From the NCBI RefSeq assembly GCF_006345805.1, contig NC_042999.1, positions 39,308,001 through 39,372,000 on the forward strand: a stretch of 64,000 nt of DNA, in the 5' to 3' direction. The stretch is from Octopus sinensis. Lineage: Eukaryota. Of this stretch, positions 26,636 through 40,781 are shown piece by piece (positions within the stretch are counted from its first letter, which is position 1; each line of letters begins with the position of its first letter). The notes below the pieces were generated by a model. That model made no database searches. It had not been told where the DNA came from and worked only from the letters and a program-made list of their open reading frames with translations. Made by a program: the position numbers and the translations under genes.

Positions 26636-29422
26636 TGTGTGGATATCTGTCTATGTATATATATATATATGCGTCTATATACATATGTATGTATGTGTGT
26701 ATGTGATTACGTACATATATCATATGGTTCTATATGTTTACTTCCTTCAATATCGGTCACCAAGACTATATACCCATTACATGTTATTGTTTTGAAATGA
26801 TAAGAGCGATTGAAATATTGATAATCCTTATAAATCACGAATGGAAAAAATATTGGCATGTAAGAAAATAATTTAACTCGGAATATTGAATTACATGAGT
26901 GAAAATAATTTAGGGAAATCCAAAATCTTTTCTATTGGTAGTTTTTCAATACGTTTTCTGGGATTTATTTTAATATTACATTTCTGAATTGCTTTACCTT
27001 ATTTGAGGAGTCAGCTATGATAGGAGCAGGTATGGTCTTACGTCATGTATTTCAATAATATGCTTTCACGTCATGTGTTTCAATACATATGGTCTTATGT
27101 TATGTCTTTCAATAACAATCACAATCCCTCTTTTTCTCTTTGGTTTTACAATCTCCGAAGAAATGTTAAACCGTTCATTACGATTTTCTGAAATTACTAC
27201 ATTGAGGTTAAGGTTACCTCCGAACTCGTTTGTTTTTGTATTTAGTTTTACCATTAATTCGATTGCTACTTGAAGAATTTATTCAGCCATGTAGTTCAAA
27301 TGTCAGAATCGGAACCAGCTACGATTCATTTAGATGTCGACTATATGTCGTTAAGTAAAATAAGTGATCATCCGCCTACAAAATCTAAAGCAGCGTTTTA
27401 CTTATTAAAATTTAAATGACCATCCTATGTGTAGGTATATATATACATATATATATACTAAAATATAGCCGGAGCTGCTCCGGTTTGTTTTTTAGTTGCG
27501 CTTCGTTCATTCGTTCTGTCTTACGATAATGCATTTAGTTTTTCTCACAAAAACTCCATTGAAATTGCTGAATTGTACTCAACGCTGCAGCAGTTGCCGA
27601 CCTTGAAAATTAGTGCATTGACGCAGCGAACATTACTCCTCTGCATTAGATCAGCTGATCTGTCGTTCGCTCAAAACCGATGACATCACAAAAAATTATT
27701 TTAGACCCTTTAGGATTGGAATTGGTGAAAGGTAAACACGTTGAATTATGTAGCTTGTGAAAAATCTTCTGGTTCAATACACCGAAAAATGGCGACACGG
27801 CAGTCAAAAAGTCGTAAAAAATAGGGATTTCAGTCAAAACCAAATTTACACGTTGCTTACCAATTTTGGGCTACTTAAATCTAAATTAGTTTTTTTCTAT
27901 CTAATATCTTTTAACGTGCTCTTCACCAGATCATTCTACTCATCGAGATCTTTTAAAAGTATATAATTTTAATATTGTTATTCTTTGAAATAGCAGAAAA
28001 CTTCCCAAGGTAAATTTTAGGCATTACTCTTCCATTTTGAACCCTACAATTTTATCATAACATTTTTCTACTTTACGAAATGTCGATTATGTTATGTCAA
28101 AGTATAGCTTACCACTGGTCCATCATAGCGAATTAAGATTGAAGTAAAACTGAACTAAAACTGAATGAGTAGTGAAGCGTTAAATTTGTCACAAATGAGT
28201 AAAAATTGACCTTAAGAATATCATTCATATGCAGCTATGTTGCAATTGTTGCTGGAGGTGATGGTGGTGGTGGCGGAGGTGGCGGTGGTGGCGGTGGTGG
28301 CCTCGACAGTGGTGAGTTGATAGTCAAAAGCGAATATTTTTTACTCAATTAAAATGTTTATGTCTCTTCTCGCCTAAAACGCCTAAGTGCAATTATTTAT
28401 CGTCTATGAACTTGAAAATTGATAGTTGTTTATAAAATATGGATAATAGGCATTGCATGCTAACAAGAAAAATAATGAGACAGTATGTACAAACATGTAA
28501 ACGAAGCTGAGCTTCGAATCACCAGGAAAACCACGGGAGCATCAACCTACGGGAGGAGAAATTTGAACCAAAGAGAATACAATGAATATTTACAAGAAAG
28601 AGAACGTGTTCAAGCTAGAAGACAAAATGAAAACCAGAGAGACAATAACAAGCAAATTGTAAACATATGGTTGAAATTTACAACATAGATGTCATAAATA
28701 TGCTCTGTAATCATTGTGAAGCTCCCTATATTAATCATTGAGCCTCTGAGCTGCTGAGAGAATGGAAAACATATTCTTCGTCGGTTGCATACAACCTCAT
28801 ACAGAGGAACTGAATGTTATTTTTCTTGAAATGAAGACTATGCAGCATACACAATTTCAAAAGAAACACTAATTTTATGGTTCTTTATAAACCTCAACCA
28901 TCTAAAAACTTCCGTATTTAACCCGGAATTTCAACGAGTACTGCTAGTAATTATTATTCGGAACCGATACACGTTTCAATTTCCTTTGAGATTTTCATGG
29001 TTTACGACAAAAGAAATTCAATGAATCCATTTTGACATCTTTTGTCAACAAATATCCACAATATCTTGTTTGGCATATTTGTATATGACTTAGATTTCAA
29101 TGACATAAGAAAACTTCAAAGAGTAGACCAGCGGTTACATCTAACTAAAGTTAAGGTTTTAGAATGTTTACGATCAATGTGATCAAGAATGTAAGTAAGC
29201 TTTGTTCGTATTTGTTGAGTGTAATACGTATGCTTTGGGGAGTTGAGAGAAAATAACGATTTAATCTTAAAATGTATTGCAAAGAGGCATGACACAATTT
29301 GGTCTGTAATAAATCTCGCAGATGAGTATGTTTGATATGAGTGTATGTGTCTCTAATGTATAAGTATATTTTGTAAGTATATACAATCTCCAGCTTATTA
29401 GTCTATATGTTACATGTGACAG

Positions 29423-29685
29423 GGGTGCTGGAGAGTTCCTGGATTTGGGTAACGGAATACACAGAAGGATCTGTTGATTATGATTTTATTCAACATATGC
29501 CCCTCTTAGATTCAAGTGTCTATTGCAACGGTCCTTCAGATTTTCCAAGCGTTGTAAAGAACTCGGAATGTTGGGTCACCAACTTGGCCTTTCGCGCTAC
29601 CTTTAGAGCCAGGAAATTTTCAGGAAACACTCGCGCCTACAAGCATGAGTATGTTCTTCAGCATCCTTTTGCACATGTTGATATG
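29423..29685 (+). CDS. Candidate isolated coding exon, product unknown
   Basis: Stop-free, non-repetitive frame (ORF 29407-29724) that is less AT-rich than its flanks; AG at 29421-22 and ATG|GTAACG donor at 29686. No family recognised. Confidence 0.3.
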
Positions 29686-29947
29686 GTAACGATTATCTTA
29701 ATAGCAGTATTGCCCACCCAGTAATTGATGCTTACGAATGAGGAATTTTGCAGTAATTTTGCGATGGTGTATGCACATTACCACACATAAATATTTGCAT
29801 CGAATATTTGCATCAAATTAAATAGCGGTGTCATATAAACAACAGAAAATGAGGCACTCTAGTCGAGTTACAATGTAAATCGATAAATTTAAAGGTCTAA
29901 TTCTACTTAGTGATGTATTTCTATCGTACAGGCCATGCTTAATTTTC

Positions 29948-30076
29948 GTCGACCTAATCAATAGATAAACGTATTTCTCGCTATATATATACCTGAATTG
30001 CTAATGTTCGAGGCATACAACATTAAAGCATATAGGTATATAGCGAGAAATAGGTCTATCTATTGACTAGATCGAC
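29948..30076. repeat. Imperfect inverted repeat / MITE-like foldback
   Basis: Arms of about 45 bp (GTCGACCTAATCAATAGATAAACGTATTTCTCGCTATA and its reverse complement) around a spacer of about 40 bp. Confidence 0.7.
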
Positions 30077-31182
30077 AAATATTCAAGCATGTGGTCAGAA
30101 AATGTTTCTCATTTATCCTTTCCACAAACGTCATGTAAAAAGTGAGGTTGGAAGAAATTTGAATGGAAAACGTTTTATTAAGATGTTCAAAACTGTTCCA
30201 AATGCAAATAACAACAATAATATAACAACCAGTCAATTATGTGGATGAGAAAGTTTCTGTAATATATGAATATAAACACATTACAGAAGTCTCCCACGAC
30301 TTAAAATAAAAACGATCAAAACCAACAACGTTTGCTCACTCCTAAAGCCATTACACGTAAACCAGAAACTAACTGGTTAAAATAAAGGCGGGATCTATAA
30401 CAGTATACATACATACATATATAAATACATATATATATGCATATATGAGTGCATAAATAAAATATATATACACCGAGAGAAGGCAATTGTGTGGTTTTGT
30501 TACACGCTAAAAAGTACAATCACATTCCCAAACCACGAAAAAGCATTCTCATTTAGGGCACATTTATTGTAAACGAGCAAGACAATTTGAAAGAATGAAA
30601 ATAGTTAATTCTATGCTCTGAAGTTTCACCATTCATTATTAAATAAATTAAATACTTGATCAATCAATTGATGAATAAATCATCTGTGTCTCTTCAGTAG
30701 AATCGCTGGGATATATAATTGTAAAACTCTACTACATAACGAAACGACGGAAAAAACGAGCGTACTGAGTTTCATCGTTACATATCAAGAATTCGAATCA
30801 AATGTCCTCAATCAATGTGCCGAGCTAGAATGGTACAGCAATGAATCAATTCAACAGTGAATTGTCTGACACAAGAATTACGTATTTCAATATATAAATA
30901 TAAAGTGTAAAATTTATTAAAATATTATAATTTATACCAATGGCTACAATGCATAAAAATGTGGCATAAATGTTTTTAGATGAAGATGAATGCCTTACAA
31001 TCTATACACAGAGATGACCACTATGTGGTTTTATATTGTAAAAATGGCAGTCAAATTCCCAAACCACGAAAAACATTCTTTTCTATGGCACTCATATATA
31101 CTATAAGAATATTTATGTCAACTGAGTTTTTTTACGCATGCTAGCCGTTAGTATAAATGATTATTTTTAATAACTTTTACCC

Positions 31183-31231
<49 letters not shown>

Positions 31232-31234
31232 TTC

Positions 31235-31935
31235 ATTTTTCTTTCATTTTATCTAGTTTCAGCTTACGAGCTGTGGCCATGCTGGGACAGTGCCATTCGG
31301 TGTTGCTACATGATTTTACTTTACGAATGCTTTTTAGCATTTGACATTTGGTGCATGAGAGAGTTTGATGCAGCTGCTCTCATCTGCACCTCCTGTCGTG
31401 AAGTTGGTTCATCTGGGACACCTGACAGGAAGAGGTCCAGCTTTATTTTAAAGACATCTGCATCCACACCATGCAGGTGTCTCAGGTCCTTCGAGAGAAT
31501 ATTGAAGAGCTGTGAACCTCTGAAGCCCAGGCTATCACATTATCTTGTCCTACATCTTGATGGCAAGTTTGCAGTCCTTGGCACTATGCAGTGGCGCCCA
31601 GTTCTAGTATTTGTGTAACTCTCGATGCCAAAATTTGGGACAAGTCCTTCCAGGATCTTCCAGATGTATATTATGGCATATCTTTCTCGCCTACGCTCTA
31701 AGGAATAAAGTCTTAATCTCTTGAGTCTTTTCCAATAGCTTATATGCTGCACAGAGGCTATCTTCTTCGTGTAGCTTCGTTGGATCGCCTCAAGTTTTGT
31801 GATTAATTTGACAATAGTTGGTGAACATAGCTGAGAGCAATAGTCAAAGTGGCTTAGGACAAGTGTCCTCCAGAGGACCATCATGGTTTCCTGGACTCTT
31901 GTTCTAAAAGCTCTAAGAATCCATCCGGTCAGCCT
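31235..31935 (-). mobile_element. CR1-type LINE 3' fragment
   Basis: WILRAFRTR...LVLSHFDYCSQL...LEAIQRSYTKKI...YWKRLKRLRLYSLERRRERYAIIYIWKIL; flanked by (TA)n. Confidence 0.9.
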
Positions 31936-33343
31936 ATATATATATATATATATACTTACTATTGTCTGCATGATATTGATCCTTTTGCTCATTTGTTTCA
32001 TATGTAGTATTTATGATTTGAACATTGTAAAAGAAATTGTAAACTACGTTAAAATTATTTCGAATCTCACAGAATAAATAATACAATTTCAAAAGTCTAT
32101 GAGGTTTTTATCAACGTACAAATCATGCAAATTTGCGGGCCTGAGAGAAAACAATTTATCATAAAAGATAATGATTCGATATGTGTATCAACGTTACAAC
32201 TATTAAATTAAGAATAAATGATTTAAGAAACGCTTTATACATATTTAGCTGCGCAATAGTGATTTTATTTTTCGGTTCTTGTTATATTGGTGTATATTTA
32301 AAAAAACATTTTTCAAGGCAGTTGTTTTAAACCGTTTTGTACCTAGCATCCCATTGATTTCTATTTTACTTGTGTGGACTGTCATAGGATTTGATGTTTA
32401 AACACATTCAATTATATTTCAATAATTAAATTGTTAGAATACTTTGTGTATTGATAAATTTTAACAACACTACTTTAAATGCACAGCAGTATACAATGAA
32501 TTGTGTTATACGTGTATGAATCGAGAGCGCTGGCAGGTTGCTGCAAGAGAGACAAGGGATAAGATAAAAAGAGAGAGAGAGCGTTAGAGGGAGATAGATA
32601 GAAAGAGAGAGAGGGAGAGATGGAGTGAGTAAGCTGACAGATCAATGTAAAGAGTTAATTTATTGTAATGGCAGTAAGGTTGTTTATTCATCGGATGGTG
32701 CCTCACCTATGCATTTAGATATATAATGGTATAAAAATCGTGCCAGTTATCGCTGATACAACGGAGTAGTTTTGATAAAAGTATCGTTTGTGATCAATAT
32801 TCATGATTTGATGCCAATGCCTTCGCAATATCAGATTCTTACACATAGAAGCAATGCAAATAAAATACTCATATCAATAAAATATATTGGGAAGCCAGCT
32901 GGAAAGATAAGTTTGTGCGCTCACTACAAAAAAGATAAACAAAAATATAATATAAAATTGATACATATAAGTAAACAAATGCCGTTAATTAATGAAAAAG
33001 ATAACAATGAAAGAAAGCCAGAATGGAATCTACAGTCACAAGTATCGGAATTAGCAATGGAAATACATATAATGATAATTTCAATTATTCTGTTATTACT
33101 GATAGTGGTGTTAAATGGTTAGAAATATCGACATCCGTCTCATTGACTTTGTGGCCGTGTTTTGTGGGTGCCGGACTGAAGAAACATAATAGCACAAAAG
33201 ATAATGATTCGAAGTGAGTTGCAACGAAATGACTCTGGCAATATGTCTGGCATTTCTATATGATCAGACGATAAGTTCTGTAACGTATATTCTTCGATTG
33301 TTTGTCTGTGCACTCACACACACACACACAACACACACACACA

Positions 33344-33501
33344 CACAAACACACACAGAACTCACACACACGCAGGCACACAAACACACACGCACTAACA
33401 TTCAGACATATGCATACAGTCATCTAAAACTATACAGATAGACATATATACATATTTATACAAATACATATATTCATATATGTATATATATATATATATA
33501 T

Positions 33502-33533
<32 letters not shown>

Positions 33534-34010
33534 ATATATATATATCCATAAATTGTTGCGTGTGTATATGTGGGTGAATACATGCATGTATATATGTATG
33601 TATAGATGTATTGTCCAGTATCTCATTTCGCATTACAATAGTAGAAGTGCTGCAACCCTTCGCATTGGGGTGCCATTCCGATTATATCTGCGATAATTGA
33701 AATCTAATTAGTAATTGCTTTTATTCTTCTTATTTTTCCAACAATATTCGGTGATATTAATGATATGTATAATATAAATATCTCTATAGAAAATATAATA
33801 GAAATAAAACCATCTCGAGGCTTCTACTTTGTTATGAATATACTAGGAGACTAGTCAGAAATGCAATTTCCAAAACAGTATGCTAGCAATAAATTATTAA
33901 GCATAGAAAAATCAAAAACAGTATCTGCTGGGATGCAATAATGCGTTCAAGCAGATACACGCGTCCTCGCAGAAGCAGGAAAACACACACACACATACAC
34001 ACACACACAA

Positions 34011-34044
<34 letters not shown>

Positions 34045-34172
34045 ACAGAACTCACACACACGCAGGCACACAAACACACACGCACTAACATTCAGACATA
34101 TGCATACAGTCATCTAAAACTATACAGATAGACATATATACATATTTATACAAATACATATATTCATATATG

Positions 34173-34238
<66 letters not shown>

Positions 34239-34722
34239 ATAAATTGTTGCGTGTGTATATGTGGGTGAATACATGCATGTATATATGTATGTATAGATGT
34301 ATTGTCCAGTATCTCATTTCGCATTACAATAGTAGAAGTGCTGCAAACCCTTCGCATTGGGGTGCCATTCCGATTATATCTGCGATAATTGAAATCTAAT
34401 TAGTAATTGCTTTTATTCTTCTTATTTTTCCAACAATATTCGGTGATATTAATGATATGTATAATATAAATATCTCTATAGAAAATATAATAGAAATAAA
34501 ACCATCTCGAGGCTTCTACTTTGTTATGAATATACTAGGAGACTAGTCAGAAATGCAATTTCCAAAACAGTATGCTAGCAATAAATTATTAAGCATAGAA
34601 AAATCAAAAACAGTATCTGCTGGGATGCAATAATGCGTTCAAGCAGATACACGCGTCCTCGCAGAAGCAGGAAAACACACACACACATACACACACACAC
34701 AAACACACACACACACACACAC
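33344..34722. repeat. Near-perfect tandem duplication, period about 690 bp
   Basis: 33344-34033 is repeated from 34034; junctions lie in (CA)n; differences are essentially microsatellite/homopolymer lengths. Confidence 0.9.
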
Positions 34723-35039
34723 TCATATATATATTCATATAAATATATGTATATATTATATATATATAATTTTTTTTTTCAGAATGAGAAAAAAGAAAAC
34801 CAAGGTTGTGAAAATTTTAGAAAATTTATGAATAGAAGGTCTTACAGCTGTTTCCAGGATATTTATGATATCCCTCCATCGGAGAACGTGTGAGAAAATG
34901 TTTAAGCAATACTAAATTTAGATAAGATACAAAATATAGAGTGAAGTGGAGGAATGAAAGTAGATGTCAGATATGCAGGTATATTGCATTTGTATATCCA
35001 TTATTTAGGCAAAATGGTATATATATACGATTCCAATAC

Positions 35040-36420
35040 ATTGTGAGTAAATTCCTATCTTATTTTGAATTTGGTCATTGTTAATTCCAATAGTATTTAA
35101 AGTTGGTCCTTCCAAGTATAGAGTTTGTATATAGTGCTATTGAATCGAAGGTTTTATTTAAAGTGACCTAAAACTAGGAAATGTATTTGTAAGGTCAAAT
35201 CGAAAACAGGAAAAGAGGAATAAAGTAAAGAAAGAAAAAAAGGAGAAAAGAAAACCAAGGAGATTGATAACACAGAGATGAAGACAGGGAAAGTATATCG
35301 GTTAGGGAGCAGTCAAGATAACTTGAGAGTAGGTGTGGGGGGATTAGGGTAATAGCGAGAGAAAAATATTAGAGTGTAAAAGATAATAGGGTAAAGAGTA
35401 AAAGATTGTCAGATATAAGGAATGCAGGGCGATAGGGAGAGAGAGGTATAATAGTGTATAAAGTAAGTGAGTGTCAGTTATGTAGTGATACAGTCTAAGT
35501 GATTGGGCAGAGAGAAGGGTAGTAATATGATGGAATGAATAATTTAGAAATATAGATTAGGTGGTTGGACAGGTCACTGCTTAGTAGTAAAAGAAAATAT
35601 ATATGTGAAGGTGTACATAGATGCCTGTTGATGTAAGCTGTTTTAGTTGTTTTCCTTTTTCACCTAGTGTTAAATGAATGTGTGGGGGGGTCTACGTTGT
35701 CTAGGTCTAAGAACTTCCAGGGTTCTATCTACGACTGTGCGTAATTGGTTGCGATTGTGATGGTTGGTGCGTGTTTGAGTTGTGATTTGAGATATGCATT
35801 GTTTGAGCCTGGTGTTATGGATGTATTCTATTTGTTGGGAAAAGCCACCAGCGGCGAGTGTTTGATTATAATATGGTTCGTGATTATTGAAAATTTCCTC
35901 AGTGGAAGAGCGGTCTGATATGCGGGTTGAGATGCACATAATTATGTTATCGAAAGTGGATTTGTGGTGATTGAGAGGATGTTAAGGTATCTAAGATGTT
36001 GGTTAGGTTTGTGGTAAGGGGAGTATTGAGAGGTTGATAAGTTTAGAGTTGCGTCAAAAAAGCTAGCAGTTTTGTGAGCGTTTTCGAATGTGCTACATAG
36101 GTTTAAGTTAGAGAAGAATTTATGTACATCTTTTCCATTTCTATCTAAGGAGGATTTATTTATGCTTTTGGTAACTAGTAAAGAGTCGTACCTGTATAAG
36201 CCTTCCTTGGTGTTATCTCTCTCCTCGTTCTTCTTTTTTTTCCTTTTTTCTTTCTTTACTTTATTCCTCTCTTCCCTTTTTCGATTTGATCTTACAAATA
36301 CATCCCTACTCTTAGGTCACTTTAAATAAAACCCTCTATTCAATAGCACTATGCACAAATTCTTTACTTGGAATGACTAACTTCAAATACTATTTGAATT
36401 TACAATGACCAATTTAAAAT
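35040..36420 (-). mobile_element. Penelope-like fragment with inverted terminal-repeat copy
   Basis: Minus frames SFFDATLNLSTSQYSPYHKPNQHLRYLNILSNH and ISTRISDRSSTEEIFNNHEPYYNQTL. About 35050-35260 is a diverged reverse complement of about 36210-36420. Confidence 0.8.
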
Positions 36421-36902
36421 ACTATTGGAACATACAAAGATCACAGTTATGGTTGGAAAAAAAAGTGTTACCTTTGCAAAATTACAAGAAGGAATGTCAG
36501 TTAACGTGATGTTATGATTTCGAATTTAATGCCAAAAGACTTCATTCTCTTTAGCCAAGTTTACTTGTGATATTTAATCAATGCTTCAACCAATGCCTTG
36601 TTCGTTCCACTGCCCAAGCGGCAGTGAGAGAAATAAAACTGAGTGAATATAATTAAAAAATATATACAAAGAACGTTATTACTTGTGTGATATATTAACG
36701 TTAGTGGTCGAACGATATAGGTAAAATTAATAGATTTGTATAAAAGAATTATATATTACACGTGCACCTTTTTAAGCACCAGCGTTGCTATAGTTAAGAG
36801 TCAAATTACTCTGAAGCCACATAAATTGACACTAGATTTTCACAGACAATCTGGGAAAGCAGAGTAATTGAGGATTGCGTCGTACTAATTTTGCAGAAGT
36901 AA

Positions 36903-37316
36903 CTCTTTTACTTGTTTCAGTCATTTGACTGCGGCCATGCTGGAGCACCGCCTTTAGTCGAGCAAATCGACCCCAGACTTATTCTTTGTAAGCCAGTACT
37001 TATTCTATCGGTCTGTTTTGCCGAACCGCTAAGTGACGGGACGTAAACACACCAGCAATGCTAGGGGGACAAGCAATGCTAGGGGGACAAGCAATGCTAG
37101 GGGGACAAACACAGACACTCAAACATATACACACACACTTATATATATACATATATATATGTACGACAGGCTTCTTTCAGTTTCCGTCTACCAAATCCAC
37201 TCACAAGGCATTGGTCGGCCCGGGGCTATAGCAGAAGACACTTTCCCAAGATGCCACGCAGTGGGACTGAACCCGGAACCATGTGGTTGGTTAGCAAGCT
37301 ACTTACCACACAGCCA
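36903..37316 (-). mobile_element. tRNA-derived SINE (family C)
   Basis: Head TGGCTGTGTGGTAAGTAGC...GGTTCCGGGTTCAGTCCC; homologous to 49351-49738; contains three copies of 18-bp GCAATGCTAGGGGGACAA. Confidence 0.9.
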
Positions 37317-37699
37317 GCAATCATACAAACATACAGATTAAAAGTAAATAATAATAATACATCTATTAATTCTACTTATGCTGTTCTAGCTTGTGGCCAC
37401 TAGCATTAATATATGCCATGAGTATTGATGTTCTTTCTACAGAAAAACACAGATATAATATTAAAATAAAAACCACAAATCTTCAAAATACAGCTATCAA
37501 TTTATCAGACTGCAAACAAAATTGTTTGTCAGTTGTCTTTTGAACTGAAAACCTATAAACAGGAGACCTAGTGGTTCGATGTGCTGCAATCAAAATTAGG
37601 TGACCATGTGTTCCATCCCCCAACCGCCCACGCTTTGCGTTTTTGATCAGAACAACTTATTTCACATTTATCCATTCCATTCAGTAGCGACAGAATAGC

Positions 37700-38400
37700 T
37701 TTCCGATCGGAGGAGTGGTATCATTCGGGAACTGAAATCTATTCCTATTTTCCAAACGAAATGATGTATTTGAAATGTATATATTATCTCCATTGCTCGA
37801 AAACACATGTAAACTAACTTGCCACTTTACGATCCAATTAACCTCAGACCATCTCCGTCCCCAAACACCATGCACAAAAATTAAAGATGAATTAAATAAT
37901 AACTATATTATTTAACCCAAGAATAACAATCGAGAAGTAGGGACCTTCTATTTGTTACACGAAAATAGGAGAAACTACATGTGCAACATCATTTAAAACA
38001 AGAAATGAATGGAGCGGTACACTATGAAAATGATAACTATCAAAATTTAGGTCCGGATGTTATCCCTCTTGTCACGCAAATTAATTTTTCAAAACAGCAC
38101 AAATAGACACGCGACGAATACGTTTCAATCTTACAATCTTAATTTACAGTGGTACTCCACCCAAAGAACGAGAACACAACATATACATATAAAATCTGTA
38201 AGAAAAAATAACCTAGATAGATTCTTATACAGACTGTATGTACCAAGAGAAAGAAGTGAAGACGAATTATTGGATGCGAACACAGCATTAGAATAGAAGA
38301 AAACTGCATAACATGATATGTAAAAATGCCACCACAAACAGCTATTATTGGAAATAAGAAGGAATATTGCAATGATAAAGCAATGTACAAGGACTTGACA
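37700..38400 (+). mobile_element. Degenerate, internally deleted R4/Dong-type LINE
   Basis: Similar to 61620-62110 (CCAAACGAAATGATGTATT, AACCCAAGAATAACAATCGAG), then DRFLYRLYVPRE motif, ending at (TAA)n. Confidence 0.6.
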
Positions 38401-38403
38401 TTG

Positions 38404-38451
<48 letters not shown>

Positions 38452-38487
38452 GTAATAATAAAAAATAATGATAATAATAATAATAAT

Positions 38488-38530
<43 letters not shown>

Positions 38531-38556
38531 TAATAATAATAATAATGATGATGATG

Positions 38557-38613
<57 letters not shown>

Positions 38614-38654
38614 GTAGTAGTAACAACAATAATAATAATGACAGTAATAATAAT

Positions 38655-39175
38655 TCTTTATCAGCCACAAGGGCCGACAAAAATAAGAATGGACGTTATG
38701 AAGGAAAAATTACGGTTACGGTTACATAAAGTGCTGTTTAATAACTGAATAACAATGAAAAATGCCCAAAAGGAGCAAGCAACACTGAGCTACTCATGGA
38801 GGCCCCATGAAAAATCCACAAACCCCACGACCTCTGGGGCGTCATCCTATCCTTCTCTCTCTCTCTCAAACTTAATCTCAAGAACGCTTGCTTAAATTGG
38901 GCCCGTTGACACGGATCATCTTTGCCACATTTACCCACCTTTTAGCAAAACTGCTGGGGGTCGGCACTTCCCTCTCACCCCTTACTTTCCTTTTCAGACT
39001 GTATGTGAAAAAGTTGATGAAGGGCAGGCCAAATGTAAAAAGTATTTGTCTTCAGCCCTTTCAGTTACTACACGACCTCTTTCGCTTCAGCCACGAGACA
39101 GGTGAAAATTGCCTTCCCTTCCCGGCCCCCCAAAAAGGCGGTGGGGCAAACTTCATGATGAAATCAGCCGATAAG
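38655..39175 (-). mobile_element. L1/Tx1-clade LINE 3' fragment
   Basis: LKRKVRGEREV...FAKRWVNVAKMIRVNGPNLS aligns with the C-terminus of ORF 45793-47262; tail GCCCTTGTGGCTGATAAAGAA then (TTA)n. Confidence 0.85.
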
Positions 39176-39405
39176 CAGATACCTATTTCTTTATTACCCA
39201 CAAGGGGCTAAACACAGAGGGGGACAAACAAGGACATACATAGGTATTAAGTCGATTACATCGACCCCAGTGCGTAACTAGTACTTAATTTATCGACCCC
39301 GAAAGGATGAAAGGCAAAGTCGAACTCGGCGGAATTTGAACTCAGAACGCTACGGCTGACGAAATACGGCTACGCATTTTACCCGGCGTGCTAACGGTTC
39401 TGCAT
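39176..39405 (-). mobile_element. SINE family A, well-preserved
   Basis: GCAGAACCGTTAGCACGCCGGG...GAGTTCAAATTCCGCCGAGTTCGACTTTGCCTTTCATCCTTTCGGGGTCGATAAA...AATAAAGAAA. Confidence 0.85.
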
Positions 39406-39410
39406 GACAA

Positions 39411-39449
<39 letters not shown>

Positions 39450-39459
39450 TACTACTACA

Positions 39460-39490
<31 letters not shown>

Positions 39491-39536
39491 ATGTTGCTAC
39501 TACTACTACTATACTACTACTACTACTACTACTACT

Positions 39537-39582
<46 letters not shown>

Positions 39583-40703
39583 GTAATAATAATAATAATG
39601 ATAATGATAATAATAATACTAATAATAATAATAATATAATAATAATAATAATAATATAATAATAATAATAATAATAATAATATAATAATAATAATTTCTA
39701 CTATAGGCACAAAGACTGATGTTTTGGCGGAGTCTTTTATCCACCCCGAAAGGAAGCAAGGCAAAGTCGACGCCGGTTTTTAAATGATGATGAAAATGGT
39801 GAGCACGATGGTGTCACTGATGATGCTGTTCAGGATGATATCGCTGGGAGCCGTTGATGGTGATGACGGCGAATATATGATGTTGTTAGTGGTGATAGAC
39901 TTGGTTATTTCTCTTCTCAAATTACAGAATTATCAGATATCTGCTGTCAGACTAATAATAAATGAAGAGACGACATCTCATACACTTAATCGGCGTAAAC
40001 CTCGCATCGATACCAGGTATTTCTTTGTTTTCAGTGAAATTTACTGAATTGAGAAGAGCGATCTTTGTTATAAGAATCATTTGTCATATTTATATTAAAC
40101 GTTTTCAATTCACCCCTAGCACTAAATCTATTACCTACACTCTCTGCAATTTATTAAATCACAGTTGTTGTTTGCCAAAGTAAATTTACAATTAAATTTC
40201 CAGACATGAAAACAATAAGTAGGAGCAGAAAGGAGAAAGTGAAAAATAGATTTAGGTTAAAGTAATAGACATAAGTGAGATTAGGTAAATGAGTGTGAGG
40301 GTGGATTAGTTCAGAGGTTAACGTTATTTAGATAATTTTGAAGTATGTTATAGCGTGTAAGGGTCAGAACACAAATCGTTATATTTTGCCGTAATAATGG
40401 AAAATACTAGAAGGATTTCAACAACGATGAATGAAGATGAACGAAGAATATGCATTGGAGCAAATTGTATAAAGAGATAAATTGTTACTCTATGGAAAAA
40501 CAATTTAAACGTGATTGATGTATATTTTGACTGCTTGGTTGCAATGTCAGATATACGTAGAGTTAAAAGAAGCGAAAGCAGGTTTACAATATTTACCGTA
40601 CAGTTTAAGAGGTTATAGGGTCACACTTTAGACATTAATATGAAAAACTAATGCTATCATTTACGCTGCAGAAGTGGCAGAGTAAATGATAAGAAGTCAT
40701 CCC

Positions 40704-40778
<75 letters not shown>

Positions 40779-40781
<3 letters not shown>

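Noticed and set aside
27400-28700. Helitron-like element (CCGGAGCTGCTCCGG hairpin, charged short ORF).
   Set aside because: No Rep/helicase motif or TC/CTAG termini could be located.
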